In this document: positions 1-10,227 of the stretch, piece by piece | Numbering within the stretch: the first letter of the stretch is position 1 | Layout: each line of letters opens with the position of its first letter | NCBI GenBank assembly: GCA_021414205.1 | Contig: JAIOOW010000002.1 | Coordinates: 404,171-468,170, forward strand | Length of the DNA: 64,000 nucleotides | From: Candidatus Anderseniibacteriota bacterium | GTDB taxonomy: Bacteria > Patescibacteriota > Andersenbacteria > UBA10190 | Direction of reading: 5' to 3' | Translations under genes and position numbers: made by a program | Notes under the pieces: model-generated | Databases searched by the model: none | What the model was told of the DNA's origin: nothing | The model's input: only the letters and a program-made list of their open reading frames with translations

Positions 1-2402
1 AATGTAAGTGCTTGCTCCACGTTCATATTAAGTACCTGTGAAATATTCATGCCTTTATATTCAACTTCTAAGGCCTCGGAATTATATCGGCGCCCATGAC
101 ATTCGTCGCACTGCACATATACGTCCGGCAAGAAATGCATTTCAATTTTCAATACGCCATCGCCCTGACACGTTTCGCATCGTCCGCCTTTTACGTTGAA
201 TGAAAATCTTCCTGATTTATATCCGCGCATTTTTGCCTCTTCCGTTACAGCAAATAATTCTCGGATCGGCGTAAATAACCCGGTATATGTTGCAGGATTG
301 CTTCGCGGAGTTCGACCAATAGGAGACTGATCAATCGTAATAACTTTATCCAAATGCTCTAAGCCTAAAATTTCTTTATGCGCGCCCGGATTTGTTTTTG
401 CTCGATGAAAATGGCGCGCCAATACTTGAGATAAAATATCATTGATAAGCGTAGATTTTCCGGAACCAGAAACTCCTGTAATACAAACGAGCTTTCCGAG
501 CGGAATATCTACCGTTACGTGCTGCAAGTTATGTTCCGTAGCATCTACGATTACTAATTTCTTTCCGTTACCAGGACGATATTTTTTCGGAGAAGGAACT
601 TTCAATCTGCCAGACAAATACTTTCCGGTAAGCGTATTACTTTTCATGAGCTGCTTTGGTGTTCCTTGAAAAATAATCTTTCCGCCATGCTCGCCCGCTC
701 CAGGGCCAACGTCGATCACCTGATCCGCTGCCAAAATAGTTTCCTCGTCGTGCTCAACAACTATGACGGAATTTCCTAATTCTCGTAAATTCTTCAACGT
801 TTTAATAAGCTTCGTGTTATCGCGCTGATGCAATCCAATAGAAGGTTCATCCAAAATGTAAAGCACCCCAACCAATCCGGACCCGATCTGTGTTGCAAGA
901 CGAATACGCTGAGCTTCGCCCCCTGCTAACGTTCCCGCTTTTCTATTTAATGTTAAGTACGAAAGCCCAACATCGCGCAAGAATGTTAATCTCGAAATAA
1001 TTTCTTTAAAAATCTGCACCGCAATTTGCTGGTCCTGTTTTCCGAACGATTCCATCTTTCCTTTTTGCAATGCGGAAAAGTGCGCCAGCGCATCGTCGAT
1101 CGGCATCGTAACTACATCGTGAATAGATTTTTCTCCAACAAATACAGAAAGTGGAGCGGGCTTTAATCGCTTCCCTAAACACGTCGGACAATCTTTCTCT
1201 ACCATGAACTGCTCTATTTCCGTGCGTGCGTGGTCGGAATCCGTTTCTTTGTATCGCTTCATTAATTGTGGAATAACGCCCGAGTACGTCGTCTTCCAAA
1301 CGCCCCTGCTCGTAGTAACGGAAATTTCCTCATTTTCTGCATATAAAATAGTATGCAAATCTTTCTTCGATAACGTAGACACAGGCTTATCTATGTTAAA
1401 TCCATGCTCTTTTGCAACAACCTCAAGCATGCGCTCGTACCAGCGACTTCTCCCAGATTTGCTCCACGGCTTAATTGCGCCCTCTGCCAAGCTCAGTGCT
1501 TTGTTTGGAATCACCAAATCCGGATCAATTTCTTGCTTCGTTCCAAGCCCCGTGCAATCCGGACATGCGCCATGCGGAGAGTTGAACGAAAAATCTCTTG
1601 GCTCCAAGCTCGCCACATTAATACCGCAATCCACACACGCAAACTCTTGAGAAAACAACATCTCCTCGTGCGTATCCATATTCTCAACAATCACCAACCC
1701 GTTTCCGATGCGAGTTGCCGTCTCAAGCGAATCCATGAGCCGCGGCTTGTCCGGCTTCGCCTCGAGCACATACCTATCTACAACGATATCTATAGAATGC
1801 TTTTTTTGTTTATCGAGCTGCGTATCTTCCGCCTCTTCTATAGTATAAATCGATCCATCGATACGAACGCGAGAATATCCTGCAGTGCGCGCTTCTTTTA
1901 TGGATCCGCGCCCATCGCCTTTTCGATCACGAATAACAGGGGCTACGATAAGCAACTTGGAACCAACCGGATACGATAAAATGCGCGCGGACATTTCCTT
2001 GATCGTCTGTCGTGCAATAATCTTTCCGCAATTCGGACAATGCGGAACGCCAGTTCTCGAATACAGCAATCTCAAATAATCATAAATTTCCGTAACTGTT
2101 CCAACCGTTGACCGCGGATTTCGCGTCGTTGATTTTTGATCAATTGAAATTGCAGGAGATAACCCGTCAATTTGATCAACATCTGGCTTATCCATTAAAC
2201 CTAAAAACTGCCGAGCATATGCGGACAAAGATTCCACATACCTGCGCTGGCCTTCTGCATATAATGCATCAAAGGCTAATGAAGACTTTCCAGAACCAGA
2301 CAACCCGGTCAGCACAACTAGCTTATCTCGAGGGATCGTAATAGTTACGTTTTTCAGGTTGTGCACCCGAGCTCCTTTTATAACGATGTTGTCGCTTGCC
2401 AT
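1..2402 (-). CDS. uvrA: excinuclease ABC subunit A (UvrA), C-terminus beyond window start
   Basis: Minus-strand translation from ATG at 2402 gives [31 protein letters not shown] (Walker A), a zinc-finger CxxC pair, a second ABC module [13 protein letters not shown] and ..[12 protein letters not shown].. near position 1; ORF runs off the window edge. Confidence 0.9.
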   Translation of the reverse strand, partial: MASDNIVIKGARVHNLKNVTITIPRDKLVVLTGLSGSGKSSLAFDALYAEGQRRYVESLSAYARQFLGLMDKPDVDQIDGLSPAISIDQKSTTRNPRSTVGTVTEIYDYLRLLYSRTGVPHCPNCGKIIARQTIKEMSARILSYPVGSKLLIVAPVIRDRKGDGRGSIKEARTAGYSRVRIDGSIYTIEEAEDTQLDKQKKHSIDIVVDRYVLEAKPDKPRLMDSLETATRIGNGLVIVENMDTHEEMLFSQEFACVDCGINVASLEPRDFSFNSPHGACPDCTGLGTKQEIDPDLVIPNKALSLAEGAIKPWSKSGRSRWYERMLEVVAKEHGFNIDKPVSTLSKKDLHTILYAENEEISVTTSRGVWKTTYSGVIPQLMKRYKETDSDHARTEIEQFMVEKDCPTCLGKRLKPAPLSVFVGEKSIHDVVTMPIDDALAHFSALQKGKMESFGKQDQQIAVQIFKEIISRLTFLRDVGLSYLTLNRKAGTLAGGEAQRIRLATQIGSGLVGVLYILDEPSIGLHQRDNTKLIKTLKNLRELGNSVIVVEHDEETILAADQVIDVGPGAGEHGGKIIFQGTPKQLMKSNTLTGKYLSGRLKVPSPKKYRPGNGKKLVIVDATEHNLQHVTVDIPLGKLVCITGVSGSGKSTLINDILSQVLARHFHRAKTNPGAHKEILGLEHLDKVITIDQSPIGRTPRSNPATYTGLFTPIRELFAVTEEAKMRGYKSGRFSFNVKGGRCETCQGDGVLKIEMHFLPDVYVQCDECHGRRYNSEALEVEYKGMNISQVLNMNVEQALT

Positions 2403-2536
2403 AAAAAAGAAGTATATGCGCGAAACGGCTGGTTTGCAAGTCTAAATAGGCGCCATATAAAAATTCAAGCCTGGCATGCAATAGCACACCAGGCTTTTAA
2501 AACGACTCCGTTTCAACGTTCAAAGCAAACTCCTTT

Positions 2537-2845
2537 TCACGAACCAAGTTCTACAAACACCAGCAACTCCTCCATATCGACGAAACGCTTTCCGATTGGC
2601 ACTCCGCCATGATCTTCGCAGGAGTGAAAAAATCTCCTACTGAACTCTTCGGAAAATGCGCACGGAGCACTCCAACCACAAGCAACTCCGTCCGAACGAT
2701 CACCGGTAAGTGCATCATGAAATCTCATACAATGAAGCCCTTGCTCCTTGCACTGAGGACACACTATCGCAATGACGGACGTCGAACGATCGCATAGCAC
2801 TTGTTGCTGAAACCGATTCAACGACGAAATAATCAGAGTATCCAT
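2537..2845 (-). CDS. hypothetical Cys-rich small protein (102 aa), possibly spurious
   Basis: ORF with AAGGG SD-like element about 9 nt upstream; seven Cys including VCPQC..C..C pattern; GC above local baseline; no recognisable family. Confidence 0.25.
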   Translation of the reverse strand: MDTLIISSLNRFQQQVLCDRSTSVIAIVCPQCKEQGLHCMRFHDALTGDRSDGVACGWSAPCAFSEEFSRRFFHSCEDHGGVPIGKRFVDMEELLVFVELGS

Positions 2846-3264
2846 AGGACACCGCCCTTTTCAGATGTTCAAGAAACTGAGCAACGAACGCCATTGCTAA
2901 AAATCAATTGTTCCAGTACCGCAAGGGTAATGCCTTTCGAAAACCCGAATTCGTACACAACCAATTCCAAGGCAAACCCCTCGACGAGGCCCGAAGACCC
3001 TCCCGTACTTGAAGACTCTTCGAAAAACTCTTTTAACCTCTTCCACACAACCTTCCCAGACCACCAATAACGCCTCAAGAATGTTTTGCCGATCTTCCCT
3101 AGACAACATAAGCGCTACCCTCTTTCTTACACGCGTAAGTTGGAAAGAACCAACCATGCAACCAAATACAGAATTCAACACACATTTCCTGGTTTGTATA
3201 GTACGCTTAAAAACGAAGGTTGTCAAATCTGTCTATTAGCCCCTTTTTTAGCTATAGTACCCAT

Positions 3265-5058
3265 ATGGACGAAAACGGCTTAAAAACACGCATTTCTGCG
3301 CTTCCGCAAGCTCCCGGCATCTATATATATAAAGGTGCGAAAGGAGATATTTTATATGTAGGAAAAGCGAAGAATCTACGCTCGCGCGTACGCTCATACT
3401 TTGGAAAAAGTGCGGACTTAGGCCCTGCAAAAGAACGCATGGTCAGCCTGATCGCGGACATGGAAACCATTTCTACAGACACAGAGCTGGAGGCGCTGGT
3501 GCTGGAAGCAAACCTGATCCGCAAACATCAACCTCCGTATAACGTTTTATTGCGCGATGACAAATATTATTTATTTATAAAAATTACAAAAGATATTCCG
3601 GCACGAATATTTCCTGTTCGAAAAATTATCCAAGACGGCTCAAAATATTTCGGCCCCTATTCTTCTGCCGCTTCCGTGCGCGGAACACTGAGACTCCTAC
3701 GCAGAATATTTCCGTTCCGAGAAGAAAAGGATCGGCCGAGAGATATTATATTTCCGCACGCACTGTTTCCAAGTCAAGAACAGGGACAATTAGATAGCGC
3801 TACCCAAGTCGCACGTTTCCTTAACGGCAATCGGCAAGAAATCATAAAGACATTAGAAGATGGTATTGCTCATGCCGCTAATAATTTACAATACGAACAA
3901 GCAGCGCTGTTTCGAGACCAGTTGCAAGCAATCATGCGACTGGAAGGTTCTCAAAAAGTATACCTCGCTCGAAAAGAATCATTCGACGTTATCAGTATTT
4001 GCCAAGCGCAACATCAAAGCGCAGGCAACGTGCTTCAAATTCGGGAGGGCAAACTCATTGGCAAACAAACATTCTTGCTTCGCCATCGATCAGCAACTTC
4101 AGCAGAAGATGTCCTCAGGCAATTTATTATGCAGTACTACAGCGTTGCACAAGACATTCCAAAAACAATATATTTGCCCATCGCGCTCCCAGATGCGGAT
4201 GTATTATCCGCGTGGATCGGAAACGAACATGCGTTTCATGTTCCCGTTCGTGGTAATAAAAAGCAATTGCTCAAAATGGGCGAGCTCAATGCAAAAAATC
4301 TATTGCGAGAAGAGGAAGTGGAAACGCAGACTACAAGCGCTTCAAAAGAGGCTCTCCATGCTCTCCTTGCCGCAATTCACTTAGGCCATCTCACTGAGCA
4401 GGCAAAAACTATCAACAAGCAAATTCGCATCGAGACATACGACATATCAAACACGCAGGGCACATTAGCAACAGCATCTATGGTGGTATTTATCGATGGG
4501 GTGCCAGCGAAAGACCAATACAGAAAATTTAAAATCAGGCTCAACGCCGATCTCGCGCCGCAGCAGCACAAGTCAAACGACTTCGCCATGCTTGAAGAAA
4601 CGCTGACTCGCAGACTAGCTCGGAGCGCATCTGGAGACTGGCCTCTGCCCGACCTCATTATAATAGATGGTGGAAAAGGGCAGCTATCATCTTCTCAGAA
4701 AGCATTGAAAAGATCCGGCCTCGACATTCCTATGATATCCATAGCAAAGAGAGAAGAAGAATTATTTCTCCCAAGCAATCCAACACCAATACTGCTTCCA
4801 TATAACTCCCCCGCACTGTACTTGATTCAGCGCATGCGCGATGAAGCGCATCGATTCACCATTACATTTCATAGAAGTTTGCGGAGCAAGGAACAGATCA
4901 AATCAGCACTAGACGATATTACAGGCATAGGACCAAAAACAAAAAAAGCATTGCTTCAGAAATTCGGATCGGTTGCAGGCATTAAAAAAGCACCGGATAA
5001 AGATATTGAAGAATTGCTGGGAAAGAAAAAAACAAGCCTACTACGAGAACAGCTATAA
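3265..5058 (+). CDS. uvrC: excinuclease ABC subunit C (UvrC)
   Basis: GIY-YIG motif PGIYIYKGAKGDILYVGKAKNLRSRVRSYF at N-terminus, C-terminal HhH (GIGPKTKKALLQKFGS); start taken at ATG 3265 rather than track 3220. Confidence 0.9.
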   Translation: MDENGLKTRISALPQAPGIYIYKGAKGDILYVGKAKNLRSRVRSYFGKSADLGPAKERMVSLIADMETISTDTELEALVLEANLIRKHQPPYNVLLRDDKYYLFIKITKDIPARIFPVRKIIQDGSKYFGPYSSAASVRGTLRLLRRIFPFREEKDRPRDIIFPHALFPSQEQGQLDSATQVARFLNGNRQEIIKTLEDGIAHAANNLQYEQAALFRDQLQAIMRLEGSQKVYLARKESFDVISICQAQHQSAGNVLQIREGKLIGKQTFLLRHRSATSAEDVLRQFIMQYYSVAQDIPKTIYLPIALPDADVLSAWIGNEHAFHVPVRGNKKQLLKMGELNAKNLLREEEVETQTTSASKEALHALLAAIHLGHLTEQAKTINKQIRIETYDISNTQGTLATASMVVFIDGVPAKDQYRKFKIRLNADLAPQQHKSNDFAMLEETLTRRLARSASGDWPLPDLIIIDGGKGQLSSSQKALKRSGLDIPMISIAKREEELFLPSNPTPILLPYNSPALYLIQRMRDEAHRFTITFHRSLRSKEQIKSALDDITGIGPKTKKALLQKFGSVAGIKKAPDKDIEELLGKKKTSLLREQL

Positions 5059-5103
5059 ATTTTCAAAAAAAATACTGCCGCAGAATTACCTGACGGCAGC
5101 TTA

Positions 5104-5238
5104 CTTGGAATTCTTAAATCTTTTTTCAGCGGGGGCGGCCATGTAGTCCAAGAACATACAGGACCACATATACAGAATAACGATCACGTATATAGCTAGT
5201 ACGGCAACACCCCAAAAAAACTTGCCGATCTTCTCCAT
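5104..5238 (-). CDS. small single-TM peptide (45 aa) MEKIGKFFWGVAVLAIYVIVILYMWSCMFLDYMAAPAEKRFKNSK
   Basis: Not in ORF track (<60 aa); strong SD GGAGGTGAT immediately upstream of ATG; stop of upstream ORF (TGA) overlaps the SD. Confidence 0.3.
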
Positions 5239-5239
5239 A

Positions 5240-5461
5240 TCACCTCCCAACAAACCGGGCTCCGATCATAATGAGGACCACTAAGAAAAGCGATCCGCCC
5301 ATTGCAATCAGCGAGTCTCTATCTACGGAAAACCCTCTCCAAAATTTCACGGCATCCCCCAAGAAAAGAACACACTTCGAACCAGTTGCGACATGCAACA
5401 AGAACACATAGTTGCCCATATAGTCCATATTGTCAAGTTGACTTACGGTAACATCTTCCAT
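5240..5461 (-). CDS. hypothetical small membrane protein (start uncertain, track 5240..5536)
   Basis: ORF with C-terminal hydrophobic segment, translationally coupled to the 45-aa peptide downstream; long version would overlap secG start. Confidence 0.2.
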   Translation of the reverse strand: MEDVTVSQLDNMDYMGNYVFLLHVATGSKCVLFLGDAVKFWRGFSVDRDSLIAMGGSLFLVVLIMIGARFVGR

Positions 5462-5480
5462 ACCGTAAACAAGTACCCAT

Positions 5481-5696
5481 ATGATTTGGTTAAATATTCT
5501 TTTTATTGCAATCTCCATTGCGCTCACCATAGCCATCCTGCTGCAAAGCAGCTCTACTGGCTTAGGTTCTGCATTTGGCGGCGGAACAGAAGGGTTTTAT
5601 GTCCGCAGAGGAAGCGAGAAGCGTTTATTTCAGGCCACAATTATTCTTTCCGTTCTATTTTTCGTTACCGCACTGGCCCATTTATTCGTACAGTAA
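5481..5696 (+). CDS. secG: preprotein translocase subunit SecG
   Basis: 71 aa, two TM segments, SecG-like LLQSSSTGLGSAFGGG motif. Confidence 0.8.
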   Translation: MIWLNILFIAISIALTIAILLQSSSTGLGSAFGGGTEGFYVRRGSEKRLFQATIILSVLFFVTALAHLFVQ

Positions 5697-5697
5697 T

Positions 5698-6198
5698 ATG
5701 CGATACGCACCCGTTGCGATTGCCCTCATACTCCTGGCAATAGGAGGTTTTGCGCTTATACATAAGGAAGATCAGCAAGCACGAGATACTATCAGGAAAC
5801 ATCACTTAGCGGACATAGAAACTGCTCTCGAGCTTGCAAAAAAGCAGCATGGGCAATTCCCTCCTTACGACCAGCTCACATGGTGCGGAGTTATTAGCGA
5901 CCCAGCAAACAAAGACGTGCAAGCAGAAATCGAAGCGCCATTACGGCAATCAGTAGATAAATATGCAAACCTCGAAAAGCCTTTCCCAACCGACCCGAAC
6001 AACTCTAGTAAAAACTATTATTATTGGAAGCGAAGTCCGGACATGTTCGAGCTGTATTCCATTTTAGAGGCTGCCCCGACAGGAGATCGCAACACTTTTT
6101 CCTGCCCAACGGGTTTGCACGATACATATGATTACGGTATTTCGTCAATATTGCGCGAAGGCGATAATGGGTCAACAATAGAAAACTCACCTCTATGA
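5698..6198 (+). CDS. hypothetical membrane-anchored protein
   Basis: ATG 2 nt after secG stop; N-terminal hydrophobic anchor AIALILLAIGGFALI then soluble domain; no known family recognised. Confidence 0.5.
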   Translation: MRYAPVAIALILLAIGGFALIHKEDQQARDTIRKHHLADIETALELAKKQHGQFPPYDQLTWCGVISDPANKDVQAEIEAPLRQSVDKYANLEKPFPTDPNNSSKNYYYWKRSPDMFELYSILEAAPTGDRNTFSCPTGLHDTYDYGISSILREGDNGSTIENSPL

Positions 6199-7898
6199 TC
6201 ATTGATCGCATTCGAATGTGGTGGAATACCATATACGCGCACATGTCCGGCAAGGAACGTGGTTTGTTCCTCCTATTCGGCTTCATACTCCTTATAGCAC
6301 TTCTCCTTGGTATTACCGGGTACGTCCAAAAACATAGCTCATATCTCCCCCAAGAAGGTGGGATGTATAGCGAAGCAGTTGTTGGGCAACCGAGGTATAT
6401 CAATCCGGTTCTGGCAAGCAGCAGCGACGTGGATAGCGACATCTCTCGATTGGTATATTCCTCATTATTCAAGCTGGATTCAGATTTGCACCTGAAAAAT
6501 GACCTCGCAGAAAGCTACGAAGTATCAACAGACAATAAAACATACACGGTTCACATAAAGCACAATGTGCAGTGGAGCGACGGAAAGCCACTGACTGCAG
6601 ACGACGTAATCTTTACTATTCAAAGCATTCAAAATTCGCAATACGCCTCCCCTCTCGCGCCTTCGTTTCAAGGGGTACAGGTACAAAAAATCGACGATTA
6701 CACCGTTTCGTTTCAATTACAACAAACCACGTACGCGCCATTTTTATCTAATCTAACAGTTGGCATTGCTCCAAAACACGTATGGGAAAATATTCCGCCG
6801 AAAAGCATGGGGCTCGCAGAACAGGAATTAAAGCCTGTGGGATCCGGACCGTACAAATTCCAAGAACTTGTTACTAAGAAAAAAACGGGCGAGGCAACAT
6901 CAATCAGACTCACTCGCAACACAAACTACTACGGAACACGCCCATACATAACAACTATTTTATTTACATTCTTCAACACCCACGAAGACGCCATCTCGGC
7001 GCTTACATCGGGAAAAGTTGACGGCATCAGCTATTTGCCAGTCTCCCTTCTTTCTAATGTTCAACATCACCCATCGCTTGCAATTCACAAGCTTCTTCTT
7101 CCGCAATACTTCGCACTCTTCTTTAATGCGAATAAAAATGCTGCCCTCGGAGATGCTGGCGTGCGTGCAGCACTGGCACTGGCAACCGATAGAACTGCCA
7201 TCATCCAAGATGCGCTACAAGGCGAAGCAGAATTTATGGGAACACCTATCCCATCCGGAAACTTTGACTTCTCAGATGTCAAAAACCCAGTATTCGACAT
7301 TCAAAAGGCGCAACAAAATCTCGATGATGCCGGATGGAAATTAAATACGCAAGATGGAACAAGGTCCAAGGATGGCAAACAGCTCCATGTAACGATCACC
7401 ACGACCGATTGGCCGGAATACATTAAAACCGCACAACTCATTCAGCGCCAATGGAAGCAAGCAGGTGTTCAAGTTGATATCAACTCAGTTTCAACCTCAA
7501 CAATCCAGCAAACGGTCGTAAATGCAAGAGACTACGAAATATTGCTATATGGAGAAAACCTTTCCGCAGACCCTGATCCATATTCATTCTGGCATTCAAC
7601 ACAAGTGAAGAGCCCGGGGCTCAACCTATCTTTATTGCAAGACAAAGATACCGACAAGTACTTGGAACAGGCACGAAAAGCAACGGACGCATCGCAGCGC
7701 CAAGAAGCGCTCCATGCATTCGTCCAACGGTTCCTCGATATCAATCCTGCCATTATCCTGTATCGTCCATACTATTTATTTGTGAACAAAAGCAATGTCC
7801 AAGGATCATCTATTACAAACGGCGCATTGCCATCCGACAGATTCAACGATATCGAACACTGGTACGTCCAAACAAAGCGTGTGTGGAATACAAAATAA
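6195..7898 (+). CDS. ABC transporter substrate-binding protein, family 5 (peptide/oligopeptide-binding-like), N-terminal TM anchor
   Basis: 567 aa, TM anchor then family-5 SBP-like architecture (DppA/OppA-like length and conserved blocks); no adjacent permease genes. Confidence 0.7.
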   Translation: MIIDRIRMWWNTIYAHMSGKERGLFLLFGFILLIALLLGITGYVQKHSSYLPQEGGMYSEAVVGQPRYINPVLASSSDVDSDISRLVYSSLFKLDSDLHLKNDLAESYEVSTDNKTYTVHIKHNVQWSDGKPLTADDVIFTIQSIQNSQYASPLAPSFQGVQVQKIDDYTVSFQLQQTTYAPFLSNLTVGIAPKHVWENIPPKSMGLAEQELKPVGSGPYKFQELVTKKKTGEATSIRLTRNTNYYGTRPYITTILFTFFNTHEDAISALTSGKVDGISYLPVSLLSNVQHHPSLAIHKLLLPQYFALFFNANKNAALGDAGVRAALALATDRTAIIQDALQGEAEFMGTPIPSGNFDFSDVKNPVFDIQKAQQNLDDAGWKLNTQDGTRSKDGKQLHVTITTTDWPEYIKTAQLIQRQWKQAGVQVDINSVSTSTIQQTVVNARDYEILLYGENLSADPDPYSFWHSTQVKSPGLNLSLLQDKDTDKYLEQARKATDASQRQEALHAFVQRFLDINPAIILYRPYYLFVNKSNVQGSSITNGALPSDRFNDIEHWYVQTKRVWNTK

Positions 7899-7942
7899 TT
7901 TGTATACTAGAATAATCATTTTATTCATAACAACGTATTCAT

Positions 7943-8929
7943 ATGCATGAAGAAATGCGAGATATTATTTTGCACCAAGGGAATCAAATTCGCCATAGCC
8001 TCGAAGTAAATAAAAATGTTCGCGTTGAGGGCGATTTTGATTCCATTCTACTGGCAGGCATGGGCGGCAGCGGACATCCGGGCGACTTGCTCAACGCGCT
8101 TCATCTTACAACTGTTCCTCTCACCGTTCACAGAAGCTACGACCTACCTCACATATTCGGAAAGAACCCCCTCACTGTTATCAGCTCGTATTCCGGAAAC
8201 ACGGAGGAAGCATTGTCTGCATATCAAGATTCTAAAAAAGCAAATAAGAAAATTCTCGCAAACACATCTGGGGGCAAATTGCTCGATTGGGCTAAACAAG
8301 ACGCCGCTCCTGTGAGTCTCATCGACTATCCCGGCATGCAGCCGCGACACACGCTGTTCGCCAGCTTCACCGGCCTTGCATGTGCGCTCGCCAATTCTGG
8401 CCTCGCAAAAGATATATCTTCCGAACTCCTTAAAACAGCAGACATGATAGATTCGGTTGTCGCTGAAACAGAGGCTCCCGCAAAGGCTCTTGCAGACTCT
8501 TTAGTGAAAAAGACTCCCGTATTTTATGCATCAGACACGCTTGCCTTCGGTGCAAAGAATACAAAGATTCAAACAAACGAAAACGCAAAGACGGCAGCAT
8601 TTTGGAACGAATTCCCAGAAATGAACCATAATGAAATGGTTGGCATGACGCAGCCGCAAGCAGTATTTCATGCAGTATTTTTTACGTCAGATACTGACCA
8701 TAAGCAAGTAAAGCTGCGCATGCAAGTAACCAACGAAATGTATGAGGCATGGGGCGTACCAGTAACTGAAATTCCTGTTCTCGGATCCAATCAATTAGAA
8801 CAGTTATCTTATATAGTTATTTTTGGCCTTTGGACAACATACCACCTAGCGCTGAATTACGGAGTTGATCCGATTCCCGTCAAAGGCGTAGAGGACTTCA
8901 AAAAGAAACTTGCTGAATTGACCATATAG
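7943..8929 (+). CDS. bifunctional phosphoglucose/phosphomannose isomerase (SIS domain, archaeal-type PGI/PMI)
   Basis: SIS motif LLAGMGGSGHPGDLL, length 328 aa typical of PGI/PMI family. Confidence 0.7.
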   Translation: MHEEMRDIILHQGNQIRHSLEVNKNVRVEGDFDSILLAGMGGSGHPGDLLNALHLTTVPLTVHRSYDLPHIFGKNPLTVISSYSGNTEEALSAYQDSKKANKKILANTSGGKLLDWAKQDAAPVSLIDYPGMQPRHTLFASFTGLACALANSGLAKDISSELLKTADMIDSVVAETEAPAKALADSLVKKTPVFYASDTLAFGAKNTKIQTNENAKTAAFWNEFPEMNHNEMVGMTQPQAVFHAVFFTSDTDHKQVKLRMQVTNEMYEAWGVPVTEIPVLGSNQLEQLSYIVIFGLWTTYHLALNYGVDPIPVKGVEDFKKKLAELTI

Positions 8930-8947
8930 CCAGTAGGCTACTGGGAG

Positions 8948-9031
8948 GTCGGAGTGGCGGAATTGGTATACGCGTACGCTTCAGGAGCGTATGGCTTCAC
9001 AGCCTTGAGGGTTCAAGTCCCTCCTTCGACA
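8948..9031 (+). tRNA. tRNA-Leu (anticodon CAG)
   Basis: Hand-folded cloverleaf: 7-bp acceptor stem (one G-U), D-loop with GG, anticodon stem tacgc/gcgta, loop ttCAGga, long variable arm (ggct..agcc), T-arm gaggg-TTCAAGT-ccctc, discriminator A; CCA not encoded. Confidence 0.85.
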
Positions 9032-9060
9032 CAATAGAAAAGCTAGTATACGATCAAAAT

Positions 9061-10158
9061 ATGAAACACATATCTTTTTTGTTCGTAGTAGTAGCACTAT
9101 GCGGCTTTATTTCATCAGCACAATACGCAAGCGCATCCGCCCCAACATGTAATGGCCAGACAGCGACAGTATATGTAGATAGCGGAGTTATTGTTGGTGG
9201 ACCAAATAACGGCTCCGCATACACCGGAACACTTACTGCAAATACAGCTTCAGTAATTGTAGGGACAAGTGGAGATGACACTATTATAGGAAGTGGCTTA
9301 GCAGATACTATCTGTGCAGGCGACGGAAACGATACGATCGATGGCGGAGCCGGAACAGATAAAATAGCATTTTCAACAAATAGCGATACGAGTGGAATTA
9401 CGATTTCTGTAACTGGAAGTAATTCCGGAAGCATTGCCACAGCAACCGGAACATCAACATTTACCAGAGCAGAAAGTTTCGTGGGAACATCGTACGATGA
9501 CACATTCGCATTCGGAACAAGCGGATCGTTAACAGGAGCCCTAGATGGTGCAGACGGAGCGGATACTGCAGACTATAGCGCTCGAACTAGCGCTGTAAGC
9601 CTCAATATGATTACAAAAGCCTTCACCAGCATTGCGGGAGCAGTCACTAATATAGAAAACGCGATCGGCGGATCTGGAGCCGACACTATTGTTGGAAACA
9701 GTGCCGACAACACGCTCACAGGGAATGCTGGCAACGATATCATGTTTGGTCAAGATGGCGCGGACACCATCAACGGCGGAGCTGGCAAGGATATTATTAT
9801 CGGGGGAAAGGGTGCAGACACGATCGTTGCAGACAGCTCCTCAACTGGCGATATCATGATTGCCGATGAAACATCATATTCCAATAGTTCTACAGTGAAC
9901 ACATCTGCCCTCTCAGCAATTCGAACAGAATGGGCACTCACATCTACCTCCTACGCAAATCGAGTGGCGCATATTCAAGGGACTCTTGCAGGAGGATTAA
10001 ACGGAACATATCAACTAAAGACATCTACACTACAAGCAGATAGTGATTCGGACTCGATGGACGGAAATAGTTCATCAGTAAAAAATTGGTATATCTTAAA
10101 TACTGCACTCGACAGTCTCGCAAATTCATTTGCTGGCGAAACTGTGACAAATATATAA
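9061..10158 (+). CDS. secreted RTX-type (hemolysin-type calcium-binding repeat) protein, paralog 1
   Basis: Signal peptide; GGxGxDxI nonapeptide repeats (GGAGTDKI, GNAGNDIMFGQDGADTINGGAGKDIIIGGKGADTI); about 75% aa identity to N-terminal 330 aa of next gene. Confidence 0.75.
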   Translation: MKHISFLFVVVALCGFISSAQYASASAPTCNGQTATVYVDSGVIVGGPNNGSAYTGTLTANTASVIVGTSGDDTIIGSGLADTICAGDGNDTIDGGAGTDKIAFSTNSDTSGITISVTGSNSGSIATATGTSTFTRAESFVGTSYDDTFAFGTSGSLTGALDGADGADTADYSARTSAVSLNMITKAFTSIAGAVTNIENAIGGSGADTIVGNSADNTLTGNAGNDIMFGQDGADTINGGAGKDIIIGGKGADTIVADSSSTGDIMIADETSYSNSSTVNTSALSAIRTEWALTSTSYANRVAHIQGTLAGGLNGTYQLKTSTLQADSDSDSMDGNSSSVKNWYILNTALDSLANSFAGETVTNI

Positions 10159-10227
10159 GAGACGCTCCCCAAATACCAAAACAGCCGCATCATCCCGATA
10201 CGGCTGTTTTACTGTATAGTATGGAGT

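Noticed and set aside
2403-3264. tmRNA / RNase P RNA / SRP RNA in the large uvrA-uvrC gap
   Set aside because: No T-loop GTTCRANYC with flanking stem, no RNase P P4 blocks (AGGAAAGTCCGGGCTC / ACAGAACCCGGCTTA) and no SRP domain IV motif found by eye on either strand; a different ncRNA class is not excluded
5698-6198. Possible type IV (pseudo)pilin because of ..AIGGFALIHKE.. resembling the G-F-T-L-I-E prepilin motif
   Set aside because: The hydrophobic stretch precedes rather than follows the Gly, and the conserved Glu+5 is His; it looks like an ordinary signal-anchor
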